From the NCBI GenBank assembly GCA_033855845.1, contig JAWVFR010000078.1:10013-74012 (forward strand): 64,000 nucleotides of DNA, read 5' to 3'. Source of the DNA: Solirubrobacteraceae bacterium. Its GTDB lineage: Bacteria > Actinomycetota > Thermoleophilia > Solirubrobacterales > Solirubrobacteraceae. Below, in pieces: positions 18,062 through 26,817 of the stretch. A program made the position numbers and the translations under genes. Within the stretch, counting starts at the first letter, position 1. Every line of letters begins with the position of its first letter. The notes under the pieces were generated by a model. The model saw only the letters and a list, made by a program, of their open reading frames with translations, had not been told where the DNA came from and did not search any database.

Positions 18062-18811
18062 ATGGCCATCGCCCTCGCCGCCGTCGGCGGCCTGCTCCTC
18101 GGTTCGTTCTTCAACGTCGTGATCGCCCGCCTCCCGCGCGGCGAGTCCCTGGCCTCGCCGGGGTCGCGCTGCCCGCACTGCGGCCACGCGGTGCGCCCCT
18201 GGGACAACGTGCCGTTGCTCTCGTGGCTGGTGCTGCGCGGACGCTGCCGGGACTGCGGCGCGCCCATCTCCGTGCGCTACCCCCTGGTCGAGGCCCTCAC
18301 GGGGGCCCTGTGCGCCGCGGTGGTCGTGGCCAAGGGGCCCGACGAGGATGCGCTGCTGGGCCTGGCGCTGGTCCTGACGCTGGTGCCGGTGACGTTCATC
18401 GACCTCGACCACCGGATCATCCCCAACAAGATCCTGCTGCCCTCGGCCGTGGCCGCCGTGGCCATCCTGGCGGCGACGAACGCGGACAGGCTCCCCGAGC
18501 ACCTGATCGCCGGCACGGCGGCGGGGGCCTTCTTCCTGCTGGCCGTGCTGGCCTACCCGAGCGGGATGGGGATGGGGGACGTGAAGCTGGCCGCGGTGCT
18601 GGGCCTGTACCTGGGCCAGGAGGTGGCGCCGGCGCTCCTGGCGGCCCTGGTCGCCGGGACGCTCGTGGGCGGCGTGATCATCGCGCGCAAGGGCGCCGCC
18701 GAGGGACGCAAGACCGCGGTGCCGTTCGGGCCGTTCCTGGCCCTGGGCGCGCTCGTGGGCCTGTTCGCGGGCCCCGAGATCGTCGACTGGTACCGCCAGA
18801 CCTTCCTTTAG
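18062..18811 (+). CDS. pilD: prepilin peptidase (A24 family)
   Basis: 249 aa. N-terminal Zn-ribbon CPHCGH...CRDCG, multiple TM segments, and MGMGDVKL and FGPFLALG motifs. Confidence 0.9.
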   Translation: MAIALAAVGGLLLGSFFNVVIARLPRGESLASPGSRCPHCGHAVRPWDNVPLLSWLVLRGRCRDCGAPISVRYPLVEALTGALCAAVVVAKGPDEDALLGLALVLTLVPVTFIDLDHRIIPNKILLPSAVAAVAILAATNADRLPEHLIAGTAAGAFFLLAVLAYPSGMGMGDVKLAAVLGLYLGQEVAPALLAALVAGTLVGGVIIARKGAAEGRKTAVPFGPFLALGALVGLFAGPEIVDWYRQTFL

Positions 18812-18926
18812 GACGGCCCTCAGGCGGCCAGGACGCCCGTGCGGCGCTCAAGGTGGACGGACGAATGGTCGATGCCTCCCCCGTCGGGTGCTCCGAGCGT
18901 CCGGAACCCAACTCCCTCCCACCGTC

Positions 18927-20000
18927 ATGGCAAGCAAGCGCAACCGCACCGTCGTCGGGCTCGACATCGAGCCCAGCCACCTCGCCGCCGCCGAGGCGAT
19001 CGTCAACGGCCGCGTGGCCGTGCAGCGCGCCGCCGTCGGCCCGCTGGCGCCCGGCCTCATGCGCGACGGCGAGGTCACCGACGTGGACGGGCTGTCCGCC
19101 GCGCTGAAGGACTTCTTCGCCGCCCACAAGCTCCCCAAGCGGGTCCGCCTGGGCGTGGCCAACCAGCGCATCGTGGTCCGGACGATCGAGCTGCCGTTGC
19201 TGAACCCCGGCCCCGAGCTGGAGGCCGCCGTGCGGTTCCATGCGCAGGAGAACATCCCCATGCCGCTCGACCAGGCCGTCCTGGACTACCAGGTGACCGG
19301 CCGGGTGGACGGCGAGCAGGGCGAGCGGCTGCGCGTCGTGCTGGTCGCGGCCCGCCGCGACATGATCGACCGCCTGGTCCAGGCCGCCCGCGGCGCCGGA
19401 CTGCGCCCCGAGGGCATCGACCTCTCCGCCTTCGCCATGATCCGCGCCCTGACGGCCGGCAGCGCCGTGGCCCCCGTGGCCGGCGCGATCCCCGGAGGGA
19501 CGCTGTACGTGAACGTCGCCGGCATGACCAACCTGGCCATCGCCGCCGGGTCCGCGTGCCACTTCACCCGCGTCGCGGTGGTCGGGCTGGACACGATGAT
19601 CGGCGAGCTCGCCGAGCGTCGGGGCCTGACCCTGGAGCACGCCGAGCAGTGGCTCACGCACGTCGGCCTGCAGGCGCCCATCGAGGCGGTCGAGGGCGAC
19701 CCGGAGATCGTCACCGACGCCCGCGCCGTGCTGGCGGCGGGCGCGGACCGCATCGTCGACGAGATCCGCAACTCGCTGGACTTCTACGCCGGACAGGGCG
19801 CCTCGGTGATCGTCGAGCGCGCCGTGGTCACCGGGCCCGCCGTCGCCGTGCCCGGCTTCGTCGCCCAGCTGGGCGCCGGGGTCACGATCCCCGTCGAGGC
19901 CGGGATGGTGGCCGAGGCGCAGCCCGGGGCGCTGCACGGCGTGGACGCCGCGTGCGTCACCGTGGCCGCGGGCCTGTCCGTGGCGGAGGCCGCGTCATGA
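18927..20000 (+). CDS. pilM: type IV pilus assembly protein PilM
   Basis: Actin-like ATPase fold starting VVGLDIEPSHLAAAE. ATG 18927 preferred over GTG 18888 because the extra codons have low GC3. Confidence 0.85.
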   Translation: MASKRNRTVVGLDIEPSHLAAAEAIVNGRVAVQRAAVGPLAPGLMRDGEVTDVDGLSAALKDFFAAHKLPKRVRLGVANQRIVVRTIELPLLNPGPELEAAVRFHAQENIPMPLDQAVLDYQVTGRVDGEQGERLRVVLVAARRDMIDRLVQAARGAGLRPEGIDLSAFAMIRALTAGSAVAPVAGAIPGGTLYVNVAGMTNLAIAAGSACHFTRVAVVGLDTMIGELAERRGLTLEHAEQWLTHVGLQAPIEAVEGDPEIVTDARAVLAAGADRIVDEIRNSLDFYAGQGASVIVERAVVTGPAVAVPGFVAQLGAGVTIPVEAGMVAEAQPGALHGVDAACVTVAAGLSVAEAAS

Positions 20001-20770
20001 GGGCCGTCAACCTTCTCCCCGCCGACCAGCGCCGCGGCGGCAGCTCGCCGGGCCGCTCGGGCCCGGCCGTGTACGTCGTCCTGGGCGCGCTCGCCGCGCT
20101 GGTGGTCTTCGTCGGCGCCTACGTGCTGAGCGCCAACGAGGTCAACTCCAACCGCAGCCAGCTGGCCCAGGCCCAGCAGGAGGCCGCCGGCCTCGAGCAG
20201 CAGGCCGCCGCCTTCAAGCCCTACCACGAGTTCGCCAGCCTGAGCCAGACCCGCGTCCAGACCGTCAACCAGCTCGCGGACAGCCGCTTCGACTGGGAGC
20301 GCGTCATGCGCGAGCTCGCGCAGGCGCTGCCCGGCGACGTGTGGCTGACCTCGCTCACCGGCACCGTCGCTCCCGGCGTGAACCTCGAGGGCGCCTCCGG
20401 CGGCGCCGCGACCGGCTCGCTGCGCAGCGCGCTGCCCCTGCCCGCCGTGGAGATGGTCGGCTGCACCGAGAGCCAGGCCGCGGTCTCGCGCGTCATGGCC
20501 CGGCTGCGCACCCTCAACGGGGTCCAGCGGGTCTCCCTGGCCGCCTCGGAGAAGGCGGAGTCCACCGGCACCGCCGGCAACGCCGGCGCGTCCTCCACGG
20601 ACTGCCGCAACGGCAGCTCGAGCTTCCCGAAGTTCCAGATCGTCGTCTTCTTCACGGCGCCGAAGTCGACGCCGGGGGCCGCCACGGCCCCGGGCCAGGC
20701 CGCCGTCGCCACCCAGCCGACCGCCGCCCAGCCGGCGACCGCGCCGACCTCGACCGGGGGTGCCAAGTGA
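19997..20770 (+). CDS. pilN: PilN-like pilus assembly protein with Ala/Thr/Pro-rich tail
   Basis: ATGA overlap with the pilM stop. Sequence MRAVNLLPADQRR plus a single TM and a coiled coil, as in PilN. Confidence 0.8.
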   Translation: MRAVNLLPADQRRGGSSPGRSGPAVYVVLGALAALVVFVGAYVLSANEVNSNRSQLAQAQQEAAGLEQQAAAFKPYHEFASLSQTRVQTVNQLADSRFDWERVMRELAQALPGDVWLTSLTGTVAPGVNLEGASGGAATGSLRSALPLPAVEMVGCTESQAAVSRVMARLRTLNGVQRVSLAASEKAESTGTAGNAGASSTDCRNGSSSFPKFQIVVFFTAPKSTPGAATAPGQAAVATQPTAAQPATAPTSTGGAK

Positions 20771-21633
20771 CCAAGCGCGACCGCATCATGCTGATCGTCC
20801 TGGTCGCCGCCGGCCTGTTCGGAGGCTTCTACATGCTCGTGCTGAAGCCCAAGCGGGAGGAGGCCTCCCAGCTGGCCGGCCAGCTGCAGAGCGCGCAGGA
20901 CCGCGTGGCCAAGGCTCGCGCCGACCTGGCGACCGGCCAGCAGGCCCGCGCCACCTACGCGGCGAACTACGCCACTGTGGCCCGCCTGGGCAAGGCGGTC
21001 CCGACCGGTGACGACGTGCCCTCGCTCGTGTACCAGCTCGACACCACCGCCAAGGAGACCGGGGTGGACTTCCGCACCATGAAGCTCAGCTCGGGCAGCG
21101 GCACGCCCGCGCAGACCTCCCAGACCGCGGCCGCCGCGGCGACCTCGAACTCCGACCAGGCGGGCGCCGCCAAGCCGGGCACGGCCGCTCCCGCCGCCGG
21201 GACTCCGGCCGCCACTCCCGCGACCGGCACCCCGGCCACCCCCGCGGCGCCCACCCAGGCGGCCACCGCCTCGCTGCCCCCGGGCGCCGTGGTCGGCCCC
21301 GCCGGGCTGAGCACGATGCCGTTCTCCTTCACCTTCGAGGGCAGCTTTTTCCGCCTGTCCGACTTCCTCACGCGCATCGAGCGCTACATCCAGCCGCGCG
21401 GCTCGGCCGTGGACGTCAACGGCCGCCTGCTGCTGGTGGACGGCATCGCGCTCAACGCGGCCGCGGGCGGCTTCCCGCGCATGAAGGCCTCGATCGCCGC
21501 GACCGCGTACCTGCTGCCGGCCTCCCAGGGCCTGTTCGGCGGCGCCAGCCCCGGCGGCCCCTCGACCGTGACCTCCACTCCGGCCGCCAACGGCACGGGC
21601 GCCACGACCGCGCCCGCGGTGGTGACTCCGTGA
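20767..21633 (+). CDS. pilO: PilO-like pilus assembly protein with a low-complexity insert
   Basis: GTGA overlap with the pilN stop. N-terminal TM, a coiled coil, and a C-terminal FSFTFEGSFFRLSDFLTRIE domain as in PilO. Contains an Ala/Thr/Pro insert of about 65 aa. Confidence 0.7.
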   Translation: MTKRDRIMLIVLVAAGLFGGFYMLVLKPKREEASQLAGQLQSAQDRVAKARADLATGQQARATYAANYATVARLGKAVPTGDDVPSLVYQLDTTAKETGVDFRTMKLSSGSGTPAQTSQTAAAAATSNSDQAGAAKPGTAAPAAGTPAATPATGTPATPAAPTQAATASLPPGAVVGPAGLSTMPFSFTFEGSFFRLSDFLTRIERYIQPRGSAVDVNGRLLLVDGIALNAAAGGFPRMKASIAATAYLLPASQGLFGGASPGGPSTVTSTPAANGTGATTAPAVVTP

Positions 21634-22370
21634 GCGCCGTGCGCGACATCTGGGCCGACCTGGTCGACAAGCGGCTGTGGCCCCTGGCCATCGTCCTGGT
21701 CATCGCCCTCGTGGCGCTGCCCGTGCTGGTACTGAAGCCCGCTTCGTCCGCGGCTCCGACGCCACCCGCGCCCATCGCCGCCTCCCCCGACGGCACGCCC
21801 GTCGCGCAGCCCGCGGCGCTGGTGACCGATCCGGCGGCGATCGCCGAGGCGCGCTCCGGCGGGCCCGTCGACGGCAAGTTCAAGAACCCCTTCGCGCAGC
21901 AGCACGTCCCCAAGCCCAAGGCCCAGCCGACGTCCTCCGCCACCGCGTCGACCTCGAGCGCCACGGCGACCCCCGCGACCGGCACGGGCACGTCGTCGTC
22001 GGGCGGGTCGACCGGCAGCTCGACGCCGGCTCCCGCCGCCAAGCCCAAGCCGCGCGTACAGGTGACCAAGCTGCGAGTCCGCTTCGGCCCCTCCAGCGGC
22101 AAGCGCCCGCTGCGCGAGTTGGCGCCCGGCACCGCGCTGCCCAGCGTCAACGACCCGCTGCTCGTGTTCGTCGACGTCGACTCGCACGGCAAGGCGGAGT
22201 TCGTGGTCGCCTCGGAGGTGCAGCCGCAGGGCGACGGGCGCTGCACGCCCAGCCGCGCGATCTGCGCTCAGCTCTTCATGAAGTTCGGCGACACCGAGTT
22301 CCTGGACGTCACGCGGTCCAGCGGGACGGTCCAGTACCAGCTGGACGTGCTGGGCGTCGTCAAGCGCTGA
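21630..22370 (+). CDS. membrane-anchored protein at the PilP position, unknown family
   Basis: GTGA overlap with the pilO stop. N-terminal TM (LWPLAIVLVIALVALPVLVL), a Pro/Thr/Ser/Ala linker of about 110 aa, and a beta-rich C-terminal domain. Confidence 0.6.
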   Translation: MSAVRDIWADLVDKRLWPLAIVLVIALVALPVLVLKPASSAAPTPPAPIAASPDGTPVAQPAALVTDPAAIAEARSGGPVDGKFKNPFAQQHVPKPKAQPTSSATASTSSATATPATGTGTSSSGGSTGSSTPAPAAKPKPRVQVTKLRVRFGPSSGKRPLRELAPGTALPSVNDPLLVFVDVDSHGKAEFVVASEVQPQGDGRCTPSRAICAQLFMKFGDTEFLDVTRSSGTVQYQLDVLGVVKR

Positions 22371-22399
22371 CGCTCGCCCGGCCCTTAGTCTTGGCGCCC

Positions 22400-23563
22400 A
22401 TGGCGCTGCGTCTCATCACCGCGGGGGAATCGCACGGGCCCGGCCTGACGTGCATCGTCGAGGGCCTGCCCGCGGGCCTGGAGCTGTCCCCGGACGACCT
22501 CAACCGCGACATGGCTCGCCGGCAGCTGGGCCACGGCCGGGGCGGGCGCATGAAGATCGAGAAGGACTCCGCGCAGGTGACCGCCGGGGTTCGCCACGGG
22601 CGCACGCTGGGCAGCCCGGTGGCCCTGCAGGTGGCCAACCGCGACTACGCCAACTGGGAGGAGCGGATGAACCCGTGGCCGGTGGAGGCCGACGTGCCGG
22701 AGGTCCACCTGCCGCGCCCCGGCCACGCCGACCTGGTGGGCGCCCTGAAGTTCAAGCACTCCGACGTGCGCAACGTGCTCGAGCGCGCCAGCGCGCGCGA
22801 GACGGCCGCCCGGGTCGCGGGCGGCGGCCTGGCCAAGGCGCTCCTGCGCGCGCTGGGGGTGGAGGTGCGCTCCCACGTGGTGCGCATCGGCGGCGTCGCG
22901 GCGCCGGAGCGAGACGACCTGACGGTGGAGGACTTCGAGGGCGTCGACGACTCGCCCGTCCGCTGCCTGGACCCCGAGGCCGGCGCGGCGATGGTGGAGG
23001 AGATCAACCGGCTGCGCAAGGCCAACGAGTCCCTGGGCGGGATCTTCGAGGTGCGCGCCTTCGGCCTGGTCCCCGGCGTGGGGTCGCACGTGTCCTGGGA
23101 GGAGCGCCTGGACGGCCGCCTGGGCCAGGCGATCCTGTCCATCCACGCGATGAAGGGCGTCTCGGTTGGCCCGGGCTTCGAGATGGCGGCGCGCCCCGGG
23201 TCCGAGGTCCACGACGAGATCTTCTGGTCCGGCGAGCGCGGCTGGTTTCGCGAGACCAACCGCGCGGGCGGGGTGGAGGGCGGCATGACCACCGGCGAGC
23301 CGCTCGTCGTGGTGGGCGCCATGAAGCCGCTGCCCACGCTGACCAAGCCGCTGCGCTCGGTCGACACCGAGACCAAGGAGCCCGCGCCGGCGCTGCGCGA
23401 GCGCACCGACTCCACCACCGTCCCCGCGGCCGGCGTGGTGGGGGAGGCCATGGTCGCGCTGGTGCTGGCCGACGCCTACCTGGCGAAGTTCGGCGGCGAC
23501 CACATCGACGACGTGCGGGCCTCGCTGAACGCCTACCGGGAGCGCATCGATTGGCGGCGCTAG
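22400..23563 (+). CDS. aroC: chorismate synthase
   Basis: MALRLITAGESHGPGL..., GRGGRMKIE, RPGHAD, ERASARETAARVA. ATG 22400 is in frame with ORF 21677-23563. Confidence 0.93.
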   Translation: MALRLITAGESHGPGLTCIVEGLPAGLELSPDDLNRDMARRQLGHGRGGRMKIEKDSAQVTAGVRHGRTLGSPVALQVANRDYANWEERMNPWPVEADVPEVHLPRPGHADLVGALKFKHSDVRNVLERASARETAARVAGGGLAKALLRALGVEVRSHVVRIGGVAAPERDDLTVEDFEGVDDSPVRCLDPEAGAAMVEEINRLRKANESLGGIFEVRAFGLVPGVGSHVSWEERLDGRLGQAILSIHAMKGVSVGPGFEMAARPGSEVHDEIFWSGERGWFRETNRAGGVEGGMTTGEPLVVVGAMKPLPTLTKPLRSVDTETKEPAPALRERTDSTTVPAAGVVGEAMVALVLADAYLAKFGGDHIDDVRASLNAYRERIDWRR

Positions 23564-23576
23564 CGGTCCGCGGGTC

Positions 23577-25106
23577 ATGAGGCCGTCGCTGGTCTTCGCC
23601 GGCTTCATGGGGGCCGGGAAGACGACGGCCGCCCGCGCCGCGGGGCAGGCTCTGGGCAAGGATGCGGTCGACACCGACGAGCGCCTGGCCTGGGCGCTGG
23701 ACGAGCCGCTGGCGGAGTTCTTCGACCGCGAGGGCGAGGCCGCGTTCCGGGCGCGCGAGGAGGAGGTCGTGCTGGAGGCGCTGGAGGGCGCGGCGGGCGC
23801 GCCCGTGGCGCTGGGGGGCGGCGCGCTGGGCTCCGAGCGCGTGCGCGAGGCGCTGCAGCCACACACCGTCGTGTGGCTGGAGGTGGACCCCGAGACGGCC
23901 TGGACGCGGGCGAGCTCCCAGGGCGGCCGTCCGCTGGCCCGTGACCGCGACGCCTTCGAGGCCCTGCACGCGCAGCGCCTGCCCGCCTACGAGCGCGCCG
24001 CCGACGCGATCCTGCCCGACAGCGATCCCGCGGTGGTGCGGGCGGCGCTGCCCTACCTGCTCGCCCTGGCCGACGCGCCCGCCGGCACGCGGCTGGTGTG
24101 GGCGCGCAGCGCCTCGGGCGACTACCCGGTCCTGGCCGGGCCGGCGCTGCTGGAGACCGGCTGGTTCCCGGTCGCCGGCCGGCGCTTCGCGGTGAGCGAC
24201 CGCAACGTCTGGGACCTGCACGGCCGCCACCTGGAGCCGGTCGCGGGGAGCGTGCTGGTGGAGCCGGGGGAGACGTCCAAGACGCTGGCGTCGGCGGAGC
24301 TCGTGTGGCGCGCGCTGGCCCAGCAGGGGGCCACCCGCGACGACCTCGTGGTGGCGCTGGGCGGCGGCGTGGTCGGGGACCTGGCCGGCTTCTGCGCCGC
24401 CACCTACCAGCGCGGCGTGCGGGTGGTCCACGTCCCGACCACGCTGGTGGCGCAGGTCGACTCGGCCTACGGCGGCAAGACCGGCGTCGACATCCCCGAG
24501 GCCAAGAACTACGTCGGGGCCTACCACCAGCCGTCGGCGGTCCTGGTCGACCCCGCGGCCCTGCTCACGCTTCCCCCGGAGGAGCTGGCGGCGGGTTACG
24601 CCGAGGTGGTGAAGACCGCGCTGATCGCCGGCGGGCCGCTGTGGGAGCGCGTCCGCGACGGGGCCGGAGGCGCCGCCCAGCCCGACGTGGTCCTGGCCTG
24701 CGCGCGCACCAAGCTCGCCGTGGTGGCGCAGGACGAGCGCGACGCGGGCCGCCGTCAGGTCCTCAACCTCGGCCACACGGTCGGCCACGCGATCGAGACC
24801 GCCGCGGGCTACGGCCGCTACCGCCACGGCGAGGCGGTGGCGCTGGGCCTGCTGGCCGCGCTGCGGCTGTCCGGGCAGGACGACCTGCGCGACCAGATCG
24901 CCGAGCTGATGGCCGCGCACGGGCTTCCCGCGCGCCTGGAGGGCGTGGAGCCCGCGGCCGTCCTGGAGGCGGTGGGCCGCGACAAGAAGCGCCGCGCGGA
25001 GGGCCCGGTGCCCTTCGTCCTCGTCCACGCGCCCGGCGACGTGCGCGAGGGCGCCGCGGTGGCCGAGGACGACGTCCTCGCCGCCGTGCGAGAGTTGTGC
25101 ACGTGA
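23577..25106 (+). CDS. aroKB: bifunctional shikimate kinase / 3-dehydroquinate synthase (fusion)
   Basis: N-terminal GFMGAGKTT Walker A (shikimate kinase). From about residue 165, dehydroquinate synthase motifs GGGVVGDLAGF, VPTTLVAQVDSAYGGKTGV and LNLGHTVGHA. One continuous 509-aa frame. Confidence 0.9.
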   Translation: MRPSLVFAGFMGAGKTTAARAAGQALGKDAVDTDERLAWALDEPLAEFFDREGEAAFRAREEEVVLEALEGAAGAPVALGGGALGSERVREALQPHTVVWLEVDPETAWTRASSQGGRPLARDRDAFEALHAQRLPAYERAADAILPDSDPAVVRAALPYLLALADAPAGTRLVWARSASGDYPVLAGPALLETGWFPVAGRRFAVSDRNVWDLHGRHLEPVAGSVLVEPGETSKTLASAELVWRALAQQGATRDDLVVALGGGVVGDLAGFCAATYQRGVRVVHVPTTLVAQVDSAYGGKTGVDIPEAKNYVGAYHQPSAVLVDPAALLTLPPEELAAGYAEVVKTALIAGGPLWERVRDGAGGAAQPDVVLACARTKLAVVAQDERDAGRRQVLNLGHTVGHAIETAAGYGRYRHGEAVALGLLAALRLSGQDDLRDQIAELMAAHGLPARLEGVEPAAVLEAVGRDKKRRAEGPVPFVLVHAPGDVREGAAVAEDDVLAAVRELCT

Positions 25107-25552
25107 TGCGCAACCGCGTGGAGGTCATGCACGGCGTGAACCTGGGCGAGCTGGCCCGGCGCGATCCCGAGCAGTACGGCGGCATCACCTTCACCCAGCT
25201 CGAGCAGCAGATCGGGGAGTACGCGCGCGAGCTGGGCCTGACCGTCCAGTTCTTCCAGACCAACCACGAGGGCGAGTTCGTCGAGCGGCTGCACAAGCTC
25301 GACGGCCTGTCGGACGGGATCGTGCTGAACCCCGGCGCCTGGACCCACTACTCCTGGGCCATCCACGACGCGCTGGAGCTGTCCGGCCTGCCCGCGGTGG
25401 AGGTCCATCTGTCCGACGTCACCGTCCGCGAGGCGTGGCGGCGCACCTCCGTGATCGGCGACCTGTGCATCGCCAGCGTGGTGGGCAAGGGCGTGCAGGG
25501 CTACCACGACGCGCTCGCGCGCCTGCACACCGAGCTCAGCCAGCGCGACTAG
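25106..25552 (+). CDS. aroQ: type II 3-dehydroquinate dehydratase
   Basis: VMHGVNLGELARRDPEQYG, QTNHEGEFVE, LNPGAWTHYS, VEVHLSDV. The ATG overlaps the preceding TGA. Confidence 0.92.
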   Translation: MRNRVEVMHGVNLGELARRDPEQYGGITFTQLEQQIGEYARELGLTVQFFQTNHEGEFVERLHKLDGLSDGIVLNPGAWTHYSWAIHDALELSGLPAVEVHLSDVTVREAWRRTSVIGDLCIASVVGKGVQGYHDALARLHTELSQRD

Positions 25553-26790
25553 GCCGCGCGCGCGTCCGGGCGCCGGACGAGCGTGGGGAGGTGCCGGCCA
25601 GCGGCCGCGCTCAGCGGACGGGCCAGGCGGGCGAAGCGGTCCGGCGCGAGCAGGCGCAGGCTCAGCGCCGCGGCCAGGGGGAGCGCCCACGCCAGGTAGG
25701 ACACCGCCTGCACGTCGGGCGTCAGCCAGCGCGGGAGCAGGTCGAAGGTCGTCCAGACCGCGAGGGTGGCGGCCGCGCTGAGCAGCGGCAGGCCGCGGCG
25801 GGCGTGGACCTCCCAGGCCACCAGCGCCAGCAGGAAGGGCAGCGCGTAGTAGCCGGTGTTCCACGGGTCCAGCAGGCAGCGCAGCAGGAACGCGAGCGCG
25901 AGCGCCAGGAGCGCGTCGGGCATCCGCGGGCGCCGGCGTCCGGCGTAGGCCCAGGCCGCGAACAGCAGCGCACCCGCGCCGAGGATGATGGGACGGCTGA
26001 GGGGAGACAGCCAGACCGGGGCGGCGCGCCATCCGTCGGGCTTGGCGCCCTGGAGGCCCTGGACGACCTGGCCGGTGTCCCCGAGCGGCCACCAGACCTG
26101 CCAGGGCTGGAAGATCCCGCTGGTGTGCGTGGCGCCCTCCACGGTCCCCGCGGGGATGGAGAGCAGCATCGGGGCCAGCACGGCTCCCGCGGTGCCCGCG
26201 GCGACGAGCGCGGCGCGCAGGTGGCGCCGGGGCAGGACCAGCGCCACCGGAGCCACGGCCAGCACGGCCCACGGCTTGTTGGCGACGGCGAGGCCCAGGA
26301 GCAAGCCGCTCAGCGCCGCGCGGTCGCGGGACGCGGCCAGCACGGCGCCGACGCACAGCGCGCCGCCCAGCAGCTCCTCCGGGTGCCCGACCTGGAGCGC
26401 CAGCAGCGTGACCGGGTTGGCGACGCACACCAGGAGCGCGAGTCGTCGCGCCGCGAGCCCGCGACCGGCCTCGCGCATGCGGGCATCGAGCACGAGTCCC
26501 AGGACGACGCCGGCCAGCAGGCAGGGCAGCGCGGCGGCGCGGTAGACGGACAGCGCACCGCCGCCCCACAGGTCCGGGACCAGGGCGGCCGGCGCGCGCA
26601 GGATCAGCGAGCCGCCGTAGGCGGGAAGGGCGCTGAGGAAGGCGCCGAGGTCTCCGCCGGACAGCGCCGTGTACGCGGGCAGGGCCTCGTACTCGTAGTC
26701 GTTGAAGGCGAACTCCCGCAGGCCGAGCCAGCCGAGCAGCACGGCTCCCGCGAGTGCGATCGTGACGGCGGTCCAGTCGGGGCGTCGCAC
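25549..26790 (-). CDS. polytopic membrane protein, GT-C/DUF2029-like glycosyltransferase (tentative)
   Basis: 413 aa with at least 9 hydrophobic segments. Sits on the opposite strand between aroQ and pepQ, like the membrane protein at this position in mycobacteria. Confidence 0.65.
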   Translation of the reverse strand: MRRPDWTAVTIALAGAVLLGWLGLREFAFNDYEYEALPAYTALSGGDLGAFLSALPAYGGSLILRAPAALVPDLWGGGALSVYRAAALPCLLAGVVLGLVLDARMREAGRGLAARRLALLVCVANPVTLLALQVGHPEELLGGALCVGAVLAASRDRAALSGLLLGLAVANKPWAVLAVAPVALVLPRRHLRAALVAAGTAGAVLAPMLLSIPAGTVEGATHTSGIFQPWQVWWPLGDTGQVVQGLQGAKPDGWRAAPVWLSPLSRPIILGAGALLFAAWAYAGRRRPRMPDALLALALAFLLRCLLDPWNTGYYALPFLLALVAWEVHARRGLPLLSAAATLAVWTTFDLLPRWLTPDVQAVSYLAWALPLAAALSLRLLAPDRFARLARPLSAAAGRHLPTLVRRPDARAA

Positions 26791-26817
26791 CCCCCTGATA
26801 TCGGCATCGCGGCCGCT

